Part shown: positions 9,447-21,100 of the stretch, piece after piece | Position numbering within the stretch: position 1 is the stretch's first letter | How the letters are laid out: each line of letters begins with the position of its first letter | Assembly (NCBI RefSeq): GCF_000315625.1 | Contig: NW_005434653.1 | Location: 267,743-300,464 of the forward strand | DNA: 32,722 nt | Origin: Guillardia theta CCMP2712 | Lineage: Eukaryota; Protista; Cryptophyta | Reading direction: 5' to 3' | Position numbers and translations under genes: made by a program | The notes under the pieces: generated by a model | Seen by the model: only the letters and a program-made list of their open reading frames with translations | Told to the model about the DNA's origin: nothing | Database searches by the model: none

Positions 9447-11871
9447 ATGTGGTGTTGATGCTGCTGCTGCTGCTGCTGCTGCTGCATGTGGTGTTGATGC
9501 TGCTGCTGCTGCTGCAGCTGCTGCTGCTGCGGCTGCGGCTGCTGTTGTTGGGGCATGTTGGAAAGAGGCACATGCTGCTGCGGCTGCTGCTGTACGCTCG
9601 GTTGGGGAGCATGCGGCTGTTGGATGCCAGGGTGGGGAGCATGCGGCTGCTCCTCCGTCTCATCCTGCAAGAAAGGAATCAGCGAGCTGGTCCATACGGA
9701 CACTGACATGCAGTACTCGGCTCACAGCATCCATCCTTGCTGGATTCGGCAATGCTGGATGCAACTTCAAGGTGTAAGAGGAGAAATCAAGGAAACCGGA
9801 ATCAAAAGCCAACGGCACCTGCTGCGAGGGATCGGGGAGATTCGACTGAGCCCTCGACAGCACCTGCTGCAACCGTCAGGCAAATTGACTCACAAGACTT
9901 TTCGGAGGTTTCCTGTAGATTCACTTCCGTGCCAGGAGGACCTTTGATGAGTTGAATGAGATCCCCGATGGTCATTCCCTTCACAGGTTTCCCATCCACC
10001 GCGTAGATCAAATCTCCCACCTTCATGGCATTCTGCCGCGCAGCACCTCCACTGATTTGCCAGGACGAGTCAGATCAACAAGCGGAATGAAGGTGAAAAG
10101 CGATGAAGAAGAAAGAAGGTATCACTTGGGCGCGATGGCGCTCACACTGAAGAGGCCAGACGGGTCTGATACAACGTTTATACCGATTCCCATTTCCTTC
10201 ACATCCACTCCAGGGGGTACCTACAAAGAATCCATAAGTTTGCTCCCATCCAAAGCGGTCTTCACACCAGGCGGAGAATATTGACGTTCTGAGTCAGGTC
10301 TTTCAGGTTGCTCAGGACGAGACTTGCGGTCGGGTTCGAAGTCATCTGGCCGTGACTTGCTGGCTTCGCATCCTCGGGGTCGACTGCTGGAGATCTCTCG
10401 TCCTCGACCGGGACCGGAAGCATGATTGTTGGCTCCTGCAGTGCCCGCCCCTGGGAGTGTTCTGGCAGACTGCCAATCACATCAAAGTCTAGGCAGAGCA
10501 TCTAGACAACATGTAACCTCGATTTCTCATCGCCATGGAAGTGATGAGGTTTTTCTCGATTCATCATGTTTCCATCCTCGTTGACCTAGCAATCAAGCGA
10601 CGATGATTCTTTTTGCATGAAGCTCGTGTGCAATACCTGAACGAGAGGTGAATTGTTGGGTGTCGTTGATGCTGTGAGAATGAAACATTAGAGAGAATAA
10701 GTAGTGCATCCGCAAGCAAGACCTCCAAGCTTCGATCGGTGATGCAGGTTCAACTTAGGTAGGGTAACCGCGCTGGAACCCTTCGGACGAGAGTTGAATT
10801 GCGCGACTTGATCTCTGAAACCAAATGAGGCTATAATTGCTTTGTCATCACCAATTCACCTGATTGACTGGATCATTTCCTCTACAGTCTCATCAGATAT
10901 CTTCTCTCCATTCCCATTGGAGGAATTCATTTGATTGTATCTGCAAAAAATCAACCCTTGGCCTGCGGGGCTTTATGTTGCTCACAAAGAGTGGTTGGTA
11001 TTCAGGTTGATAGGACTTTCCGAGATGTACTGCGGCATTGATCGGGGCGGACCATGGACATTCAACCCATCATGGAGCTGCGAAACTTCTTCGAGTGCCT
11101 GCCCTCGTCGCAAACAAGCTTGTGAGTGAACTCAATCTTGTTGGATTTGAATACCTTCTTCTTTTCAGCCTCATCCGCCATGTTGTGGCTACTTCCACGT
11201 AGATACGATCTGAGCTCATCAGTCGCTCCCGAAGCTCTGCTTTCATACAGGTCTTCGGCTCCCATACCATGCTGCTCACCAGCTCCAACGAAGACCTGAA
11301 GCGATGACCAGTTGTCATCCCGCTTGACAAAGCTCATCCTCGAAAGAGAACTGAGCATACCAGATAGTAATCACCACTGTCTCCGGTGAAGAGGCATCTG
11401 TAAGAATCATATAAAACAAGTTGAACAAGCAGAAATTAGAATCAGACTTGTCTTCTTCCCCAGAACTGTCCCAGACCACACTGCAGTGACCTATTCGACG
11501 CTAGTCTCAACCAGCTTTCATTCAAAACAAGATTCCTACCTCCTCCAGGATCCACGTAAGTGATTGTTCCAAGCCCCTTCAAGAGAAAGTAGTCAAACTA
11601 GCTTTCGTTGCGGCATCACAACTGTTGAACACCTCGCTTCTGTATTCAAGAGACATCGCAACACGCATGCCGACTTGTGCAGGGATGTGCTTTCCGACCA
11701 AAGGTCGTGTTTCTGCTTGCGCCATGCCTGGGTATACTTTTTCTCGCTCCTGCAGCGCGAAATGAAAGTCAGAAGAGAGGAATGGAGGAACGGATATAGC
11801 TCGATAAGATTACCCATGGTTTGAGCGGATGCTCCCACGTTCTCAGGCTTACTGTCATGAGAGATGGATAC
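6293..11871 (-). CDS. Multidomain scaffold protein: MIB/HERC2-like + PDZ + polyQ/P + SH3-like + repeated 'V.IP.G..PG' motifs
   Basis: About 20 phase-compatible exons. MIB/HERC2-like: VGMRV...GLGTITYVDPGGGHCSVVWDSSGEEDKCLFTGDSGDYYL (~11674-11360). PDZ: GIGINVVSDPSGLFSVSAIAP..GAARQNAMKVGDLIYAVDGKPVKGMTIGDLIQLIKGPPGTEVNL (~10190-9913). Q/P/H-rich exon ~9665-8670. SH3-like: VLARTQFGSKETGGIIAAGEVCKLVKPGSRGWILLARDDGELAWYPSSF (~8400-8144). Terminal exon VTII* with stop at 6293-6295. The start codon was not located and may lie at ~12000-12300. Confidence 0.75.
7410..7855. repeat. (CAT)n/(CAC)n/(CGT)n compound microsatellite filling an intron
   Basis: Directly visible between exons at ~7318-7408 and ~7892-7965. 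Confidence 0.95.
7995..8098. repeat. (GGAGCAG)n heptamer tandem array in an intron
   Basis: About 14 near-perfect 7-mers. Confidence 0.95.
8930..9660 (-). repeat. Coding CAG-rich polyQ/proline/histidine tract
   Basis: ORF 8528-9709 encodes several polyQ runs and recurring QQ.H.PHP units, including an exact repeat of QQQQQHQHHM. Confidence 0.9.
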
Positions 11872-12336
11872 CTGGCAAGAAGTCTATGAGTTTCACGCAG
11901 CCCATTAGCTTGCAAAAGTTCTGTGATCTTCTTTAAGCTAAAATTGCAGACAAGTTACTTAGTCCAGCTGCTGCTGCCGGAGATTAAGATTGTTCCATAG
12001 TTATCAACCTAACTGATCCCACATGCTGCGATCCCAACGATTCGGCAAAATGGCATTATAGCGTGAACAAAGCAAACTGCTTTTCCTGACCTTCCTCCTG
12101 TCCTGGACTATTCTGATCGAGTCTTACTCCAGGACAAGACGGGCAAAGCCGGCAACCCACAACAATCCCTTCAAGAGCTCCTGCTACCTGTACCTGCTCC
12201 TGCCCCTCTTCTTCGTTCTGTATTCCAACCCCTGACATGACCTCCTGCTCTTGCTCCCTACTGCCCTCCGCCTCCAGGCATGCGAGAAAGCCGCGTTGCT
12301 TGTCTGCCAACATGCCATGTCAAATCAAATAATGAG

Positions 12337-12761
12337 GGCGGTTCAAAAAACTACGAAGGGTGGGGTGGGGCAGCACGAAAAGGGTGGTCTACCAAGAAAG
12401 GGTAGTATGGGCTAGAAAGGGGGGTCCAAGGGGTTTAAAAAAGCAGCCTCAGGTTAGGCACATGAAGTTAACTAGTAGGGGTACAGTAGCAAGTGCACCA
12501 TCTGGGGGGTAGGGGTAGGGTGGGGGGGCCGAGACAAAAACAGAATCCGAACCGGTTTAGGTACTCTATGACGAGGCTAGAGGACGGGTGGGTAGAAACG
12601 AATCTGCAAAGAGGGGTGGGGTGGGAGAGAGTGCTGTAGGACTAGGCGGGGGTGATGGTTGGGCACGGAGGGGTCACTCAAGGAAATTCGAGAGGGTTTG
12701 ACGTCCCAGGGAGGGGTCCTTGTTAGGAGGGGGAGAGGGGGGGTAGTTTTTGATTCCTGTC
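12337..12761. mobile_element. Putative degenerate MITE-like non-autonomous element
   Basis: Imperfect terminal inverted repeats: tcaaaaaactac (12343-12354) and gtagtttttga (12743-12753). Possible tgag target-site duplication (12333-12336 / 12762-12765). Non-coding, G-tract-rich and TpA-rich, unlike its flanks. Confidence 0.45.
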
Positions 12762-12886
12762 TGAGGCAGGCTCGGACGGTAATACCGTTGCTACTAATGA
12801 GATTTTTTTTATTTCATCGCATCACATCATGTTGTATGAGAAGTTGTCTAAATAATATCGGTCCACCATCACTCAGATTTGTTGAT

Positions 12887-13989
12887 TCAGCTGCTGATTC
12901 CTGCCTCTTGCATAGGAGCATAGATCCCATGGTAAGGCTCTTCGCCGTAGCCGGTCTCAAAAGCTAGATAGCCATCCTAGAAGCACAAGCATCACTTGGA
13001 TGTACATCGCAAGGAGAGGAGGATTCAGAAACCACCCTCCAAGTTTCTCACCATAGGAATTCCCGTGCTGCCTCCCGGATAATCACCATCCGGCGGCAGA
13101 TAGGGAGGGGGGGATCCAACCCACAGCCCTTGGTTTGGCCTGGACTGCCACCATGATCCAAAGAGACCTCCATTTCTCGGTCTGTACGTAAACGCAGGTG
13201 CTGGTTCATACCTATTCAGGCCCTGGTTCACTCTTGCCTGACCACCGTTGTCAGTGTGCTGTGTCATCATGAAATGTGATCGAACAGGAAGTGTAGGCAG
13301 AGCGATCCTCCCATAACGTGACTCCTTTTTCGACCACTGTGCGATCCTTGGTTCATACCCTCTGCGCAACACAGGATACCTTGGAAAAGATTCGAATCTC
13401 AGTCAAGTCTCAATACAATCAAACTTCATTACCGGCGATTTCCATACACAGGCCTGTTGAACCTCCTCATGGACAAACTAGAGCTTGCGTGGGAAGCAGA
13501 AGTTGCCACAGCAGTTTCCTCCTCATCTGTGTTGTTGCGAGGCGCTGGCCCCTCACCCTCAGGATAAGGAAACAAGTCGTTTTCAGGTGAGATGGGGGAT
13601 CCTGGGCAAGTGCAGATAGTAGATCCCTCACTGTAAAACTCGTGCGGGTTTGGAGCGACGCACTTGCACTTGCAGTCCTCAGGGATCGGTTCGTCTGTTA
13701 TGGTGTAAAACGCATCGCAAGGATGCACACATGACGTTTCCCCAACTCCACAGAGCATCTTGCCGCTGAAAACGCGGATGTTGTTTGACCTGGCTGCCGG
13801 CAGAAGAATCCCCGAGTTTCCAGATGCGCTCAATGGTTGTCGGTGAACAGCACTAGCAGATTGCAGGGTGACCGTAGGATTTGTTTTCGACAGCGTAGCA
13901 AGTGCACACAGAGTAACAATGAAGATAGCAGCAATTCCTATAGAAATAAAGTTCTTGTCATCGAAGCGACTGTAAAGTTTCCCCCTCAT
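12887..13989 (-). CDS. Hypothetical single-pass (type II/signal-anchor) membrane protein with a small Cys-rich domain
   Basis: ATG at 13989 follows a ttgcag acceptor (5'UTR intron). TM segment FISIGIAAIFIVTLCALATL, then an 8-Cys block LCGVGETSCVHPCDA...DCKCKCVAP...ICTCPG. Two GT-AG introns (~13380-13432, ~12977-13051). The last exon reads DGYLAFETGYGEEPYHGIYAPMQEAGISS*. Confidence 0.7.
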
Positions 13990-14229
13990 CTGCAAAATCA
14001 ACGGAGTCAAAAAGTGGCAACGTGCAAGACTCATGGACTGCCTTCGGATCATATCATCGTGTCATCAAGTTGATAGACAGCGTAACTTAGTCGCATCACT
14101 CAGATGTCGCTATCTATCAGTTGCTCCTTCAGCCTCTCGCTCTATTTCCATCCCATCGCTCTTTGCCTCACTAGCCATGAAACCTTGCTTTGTGGCTCTT
14201 CGCATAGGCCCTCATCCCCTCTGCACCCA

Positions 14230-14725
14230 CGGGGCCAGACTCAGTGACTGACTCAGTGGGCAGACTTGGCCGAGGTCCGGAGTCCGATCCGGAGTTACGG
14301 TCCGACTCAGTCGAGCAGTGCGGCTGGGCGGCCCGGGCCCGGGAGCGGCCGCAGTGCCAGCCGGGAGTCACCACTGCCAGAGTGATTGACATTCTTGAGA
14401 ACCTAGTTACATCGCTCAGATTCGGCGAAGACTGGGTCGCTGACTCCCGCCGCTGCGCTCTCCCGGGCACTACTGCTGACTGAATCATTCAATGCCATGA
14501 TTAAGTTAAGCGGGGGCCTGCGGCAGCCCGGGCCCGGAAACTGGCGCGGCCGCGGGGCGGGGCCAAACTCAGCTGCAGTACCGTGACGGACGGTCCGGGG
14601 CCCCGGCAGTGACCGTCTCCCGGGCCCGGCGGGGCGGCCCGGCTGGGGGGCCGGGCCCGGGGCTTGGCACGACCGGCCCGGGGCGGGGCCCGGCGGCGGC
14701 CCAGAGTAGGCCCGACTGGATTCTG
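14230..14725. promoter_or_regulatory. GC/CpG-rich divergent intergenic region (probable bidirectional promoter or intergenic repeat)
   Basis: Lies between head-to-head genes. Dense CCGG/CCCGGG/GGCC words and repeated gactcagt motifs surround an AT-rich core tgaatcattcaatgccatgattaagttaag at 14481-14510. Confidence 0.5.
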
Positions 14726-15124
14726 GAAACGATGCGTCTGAGAGCGAAAGACTGATAGCAGCAAGGAATACAACAGAGAAGGCGATAAGAAGAGGAGATA
14801 CTAGCCGTTGATAGCCGGCAGGACTGAGCGAAGAGGCTGATTGATGTAGGGTACAATCTCAGTGGAGAGGTGCGGGAGATACTCGAAGGCGGGAAGAGGT
14901 AGAGATTGAGGTACACGACAACGATAAGAGGGTCAAGCAAGATGGCAAGGCTATCTGAACGATCTTTCAGAGTGTATTGCTCGAACATCAAGACAGTTCG
15001 ACGCTTGCAATCGTGCGTTAGAAACAAGTTGAGACCAGGCTTCAGGTCCCTCCCTGGCAGCCGCAGTTAGGAGGAGCAAGATGCAAGAAGCTGAGACGAG
15101 GAGAGTTTGTGACGTTGGTCTCAG

Positions 15125-18100
15125 ATGATGGAGAGCACGCGGTCGTCGAGGGGGAGGATAGATGGGAGGCTCAGTCTGGAAGGCAGCTCCTCGAAGAACA
15201 GGTCGAGAGCGAGGAGCGAGACCAGCAGTCGCATGGGCGAGGCAGCAGGGGACGACATGCGAATAGACTGGATCAACGAAGCGGTCTGCTCGGCGTTAGA
15301 GTATGTCAAGCTCCCCGCCTCTTGCGCTGCTTAACACTTTGTGGTGCAGAATATCCCCCGACAGCTTTCAGAAGATGATGGAAGTGAGAGAAAACCGCGT
15401 TAACATTTATTCCTTTCTGGACCATACTAACAACATGAAGATATTCTTTATCAACGAGGAGGTTGAAGCTGGGTTCAAGCTCTTCTGTACCATAGACATC
15501 CCGATGGTCGAGCTCCTTCAAAGGTCTCGTTGCATCTGTTTCTTGAAGGAGGACACGGCCAAGGTACCCTACCATGACCCCGCCTCTATCCTCCTGTGGA
15601 TCGAGCTGAAGAGCTCTGTGTACGACGAGCTGTCAACCCTGTGCAAGGAAGTCTTCTTCCCTCTCTTCACGCTTCGGCATGATCACAAGGGGCTCAACAA
15701 CACCGCGATCAAGGAGTTTCCGATGCACCTCTCCGACTTCATCTGCTCTCTCGAAATCCTCAAGGGAAAGTCTCACAACTCCGTGGTGCTCCCCCTGCCC
15801 ACCGGTCTAGACTTTCAGAATTCAGATTCCTTCAAGCACAGGGCTGCGGTCACCCTGATGGAGAACACTGTGCTGTCCTGGACCAAGCAGATCCAATATT
15901 CCATCGCCAAGGACTCCGAAGACATCTCAGAGACATGCAAGTATCCTCTACCAAGCATGGGTGACCTTTGCTTTGCTCTCCTCCTCCCTCTGACACCTCG
16001 CGCAGAAATCGCTTTCTGGAGGTTTCGATCAGATGAGCTTGACTACATCTGCGCTCAACTCAATGACTCCAAGATCATAACCATCATCTCTCTACTTCGC
16101 AAATCCCAATCAACCTACTGCAATGCCTTCGATCTTGCTTCTCAAGGTAAACATCGCCTTCTCTCTCAGCCTTTCACTGACGCATCTCAGCTGCACGAAG
16201 CGCTGCCGAAGAGGCAAGAAGCAACTGCAAGGTGACTGAAATCTACTTCTTCTCCTCCCTCCCCCTCCCCTCCCTCCTCCTTTAGACACCACTACGGCAC
16301 ATCCCCTTCTCCCTCTCCTCTCATTCATTGACCTGTCCAATTTCTTCATCACAGCAGAGAGTGCTGAAAGGCGTGTCGTTGCAGTTCCTCCGGGGCATAC
16401 AAGACTCAGTCAACACACTTGAAAACCATCGCATAGAGGTCTCGAGAGACGAGGCTCCTGTCGAAGACTCCAACGACGTGATGCCCTCCGCGGACCGGAG
16501 CTTCACGGGAGCAGCGTTACCCGCCCTGCTGATCCTGGACGTCGGTTTCGACAAGGAGTGGGTTGCAGCCATGGCCAAGGCCATGCACATCTTGTTTCTG
16601 ATTACGGTTCACTCCCCCTACTACAACACATCTTCAAGACTTTCCACCTTCATTCGACGCCTGGAGAACGTAGCCATCATACAGACATCCAAGTACATTC
16701 TTCAGAAGGATGGCGTGGAGATACTGATCTCTGATCCTGTCGAAGCCATTCATCGACTTGAATCAAGCATTCAGATGTGCGTCAGCTTAAAAGACATGTT
16801 CGACGAGTACAAACAGAAATCTGTCGAACATTTCTCAGATCAGAAGGTAAATCCCTGGATTGCCAAAATGTCAGTCTTTGGGAAGTTAGATAGTTTTATT
16901 CAGAGGGCGCAGGATTTGGTGATCATGGCAAAGAATGCTTACGTTTACGAGAACCTCAAGACAACGATATTTGGAGGGATAAATGGATTGAAGACAACTT
17001 CCTGTGCGAGAGAAATACATCGAGATGTGATTGAAATGATATTTCATGTCATCCATGTACCATACGATCTGCTTGACATTGAAGTTCAACGAGAGTTCGA
17101 CGAGAAGATGAGTCAGTACACCGCAATGACAAAGTCTATTGAATTCCGGGCACTGTCTCTCCTACAACAGGTAGAGCGAGTCGCATGGCTTGTTTGAACC
17201 ATTCACTGACTGACTGCAGGTATTCGAAGACTGCAACAGCTCTGAGAGCATGCTCGACGCGTTCCTGCTGCTGGGTCCGATCCTGGAGCTTCAGAACATC
17301 AACTCGTACGCCGAGAAGATGATGGAGAAGGTGACTAGCGTGCTGCTTGCGGAGATACAGCATGCGCGCAACTCGTTCATCAACGAGGCACTCGAGACTG
17401 AGCTTCACTTTGCTTGCACCATCCCCAAGGTTTCGGCCAAGTGTCTGTGGGGAAAGGCGTTGAAGGAGAGGGTGAGCCGATCGATCAACAAGATGCGATT
17501 CATTGCTGGCATTCCAAACTCCTTCGGCTACATCCGAGAGGTGAGATCAGAGTTTGAATCGCTGTCAGTTGCCCTGGACAAGTACATCCAAGTGAACTAC
17601 AACAACTGGTTCAGTGAAATCCAGAATGGACCACAGTTTGAACTTGACTATCCTGTTCTCACAGTCTTGAGTGACAACAAGATCACGGTGAACGTAAACT
17701 ATTCTTTCTTTGAGACTTTGCAAGAGGCAAGAAGTTTTTCGAGGCTGGACTACAAGATCCCTCTCCGAATTCACGGATTTCTGGAGTTTTCGGATCAATT
17801 TCAGCTCCAAGTCTCCAAACTTTTTCTCATATCCGACATGTACAATACATTGCACGAGGCAAAAAATGATGCAGAATGGTTATTGATGTCGGAGAACTTG
17901 AAGCTGCTCGATGAGATGATCCATGATGTGAGCACCAACATCACATGGACAAGTTTCAAGTTGAACGAGATCATCGACGATCTTTTCATCGTTCTGAGGG
18001 AGAACCTTAATTTGAGTAGAAAACTGCTTGCTTGCGCGAAGGACATCACCAAAGTTTTCAATGGTTGGACTGAGTCAAAGTTGCTGTGGAAGAAGAAAGA

Positions 18101-21100
18101 AGAGGTGTATAGCCTGGAAGTGTTTGATGAGAAATATTGTGCTCGCATCAGTGAACAAGAAACAAGATTACGATCGGATCTATCTAACCTCTACGACATT
18201 GTCGATGAAATCAAAAGACTCAGTCTTCTAAATTCCACTTCCTCCATCTGGCAGAGATATTTCAGAGGGATGAAACAGACAATATCCTTCAACATGAAGA
18301 AGTTTGTGCTAAGAAGTATAGAGGAACTGCTGTCATATTTTGACGATCGAGATCTGCAAAATCATTCCTTCATTGAAATTTACATGGAGGTCCGAGAAAA
18401 GTGCATCACTTTCTCGCCGGAGATAGCTTCACGAGACAAGTTCTCAATCTTTCAGTGCTTTCAAAGGTGGAACGACAAGATTCTGGGCTTCATGAAACTA
18501 GTACATGACGATGAGATAGACCTTCACGACGACGACACAGCATTGTTAGACACGCAGATTGAAGGACAACAGACCCAGATCACAAAGCATCTGTCAATTG
18601 TTGAAACAAATCTTGAAAAGTTCGCAATGACACTGGAGGACTTCGGTTCCATCATCACTTCAGACAAAGAAGTCTTTGTCGATCAGCTTGTTAATCTTTC
18701 CACAAAAGGAAAGCACGTTGCTCCATTCCTCATCGAAAAATTTGAAGACTGCATTGAAAGCTTGAATCACAACAAATCCAAACTTGCTGAGATGAACAAC
18801 TTCTACGAGTGGAGTTGGATCAGGGTGAACTGTCAACCAGTGAAAGTCTTCATCGACCTGAGGATACAAGAAATCATCCACTACTGCACAGCATCCGTCT
18901 ATGAGTTGTTCTCCAAGACCCTCCGGGACATTGAGAAGTTTGTCACCTCGATGCTCCGAGAAATCAAACTCACTCTCGAGTCCGAGGGTGACAGGCAGCT
19001 GGCATTGACCAAGGTGAGAAGAGGCGTCGGGGCTGCTGGCCTGGTGACGAGCTTGGCAGGTGCTGAAGTTCAACATGGACATCAAGAACCACAGGCTGGA
19101 CCTCGAGGAGGGGCTCGAGTGGCTCCGCAACGCCAAGGATGCCATGGACGACCTAGACGTGCTGTCGGTGCCTGAGGACAAGGTGCGGCTGGTGAGCCTG
19201 ACGTCAGCATGGACGGACCTGCAGCACTCGATCGTGCAGATGAAGGAGTCGTTCGACCCTCTGATAGCGTCAGAGTCCAACGGGCTCAAGAGGATGTCGG
19301 AGAACGTGGCGGAGGAGCTGAGAAACCTCGAGACGGAGCTGAACTCCTCTGTGTTGTGGCACAAGGGATGCGCCGCGGGGGAGGCATACGAGCTGATCCA
19401 GAGCTTCTTCCAGCGACTGGAGAGGATCGAGACAAGGTCGATCATCCTCTGTGAGCTGAGGGACCTGCTAGAGACGACCATCTTCATCGACATCTCCGAC
19501 GTGGACGACTACAGGCGGCTGCTGCTGGCGTGCAAGAGCTTGTGGGACGTCAGAGAGATGGTTCTGACGGAGCTGAACTCGATCTACGAGAAGAGCTGGA
19601 AGGATGTCGACGTGGAACAACTTGAGCGAATGACGTCACAGTACGAGCAGATCATCAGCTCGACGGTTGACAGCAGCTTCCGCGAGTACGAGGTCTTCCT
19701 CGACCTTGAGGCACATATCAAGACGATTCGAAGCTCCCTGCCCTACCTGAAGCCCCTGATGGACGAGTCGATCAAAGAGCGACATCTCAAGTGGTTGATG
19801 GCTTGCTCCGGTCATTCGTTCTCCGTTCAAGGGAAGGTGGAGTTTAGCAACATCCTGCAACTCCAGTTGGACGTCTACAGCGATGAGTTCTTCTCGCTCT
19901 TGACCGAGTCAAAGAAGGAGCTGGAGGTAGAGAAGCTGCTTGCTGTCATAGAAGGCAAGTGGTCTGACATACACCTGTACTTCATCAACTCTCAAGACCT
20001 CTATGCAGACGTCATGACGGACTCGCTCATCAACGCGTTCGCTGCCATTAAGGACTTGCAGTCGGAGCTCCTGCAAGCTTCGGCTCTCCCCTGCACCAGC
20101 TTCTGCGAGCAACAGATCCAGGAAATGAACTTGAAGGTGCTGGACGCCGACAAGTTCCTGTGCCTGCTGCTGGAGATCCAGGAGAGGTGGACTATGGTGA
20201 GGAACCATAAGGTGTTCAAGGTGCTCAAGGAGGACGTTGTGTCTCTGCACGCCGAGCTGAGAAAATTCATCCTTCGGATCGAGACCAGGACGCTGCTCAA
20301 AGACATCTGCACATACCCTGACAAGCTCAGCGCCGCTTTCAACCTCATCCAACAGCTCAAGGAGCTGCAGACTCGCGTGTCGTCGGTCCTCCTGCAGAAG
20401 CGCCTCAACTGCCCGAGGCTCTTCATCCTCTCTGATGACGACGCAGTGCAGCTGCTGTCTCGTAGCATGCATGAGGTCCTGACCTGCACACACCTCAGCA
20501 AGATCTTTCATGGCATGAAGGACCTGCTCAAGGCCGACGAGTCCACTGAGTTCATCCTGACCTTGATCGGGGTGCAGACTGAGGCAGGAGAGAAGATAGA
20601 GTTCGAGGGTGACCACGTGTACTTCCGAAAGAACGATGCTGTCGATCGTCTCATCAATGACGTGGATGATAAGGTAGGTCACATGTCATGTGTAGACTGC
20701 GTCTTGACGTGTTGAAACCTGACTGCCTGCGACAGCTGAAGCTGTCGATCAAGATATCGGGGAAGCGAGCTGTGGAGGAGCTGCAGACCAGGAAGCTTCA
20801 CTCGCTCATGGAGGAGTTCTGCTTGCAAGTGATCCAGCTGGGGTACAAGATCAACTGGACGGGAAAGGTAGAGCAATGTCTGTACATGGAGGGCAGCGAG
20901 AGGGCTGTCTCCCTCAGGAAGGTAGCGCAGGAGTGCTCAGACGACCTCTCCCACCTCGTCAACCGCATCCGAGGAAACGCGAGCCTGAACCTCGAGGTCC
21001 GAAGGAAGCTCGCGGCGATGATCCCCTCGGTCGCATTCATGAAGGACGTGATCGAGTCTCTGCTCCAGCAGTCGGGCAGCAACGTCGCTGGCCTTCCCTT

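Noticed and set aside
11577-11602. 26-nt GC-AG mini-intron in the MIB/HERC2-like domain
   Set aside because: A canonical in-phase 56-nt GT-AG alternative (11577-11632) exists. The two cannot be distinguished without transcripts.
2839-11871. One giant minus-strand gene joining the scaffold and Lin0512 parts
   Set aside because: A phase-0 terminal exon VTII* at 6293-6307 ends the upstream gene. Readthrough cannot be fully excluded because of the gap.
12056-12313. 85-aa minus-strand ORF as a separate gene
   Set aside because: No recognisable features. It may be 5' exon or UTR sequence of the scaffold gene.
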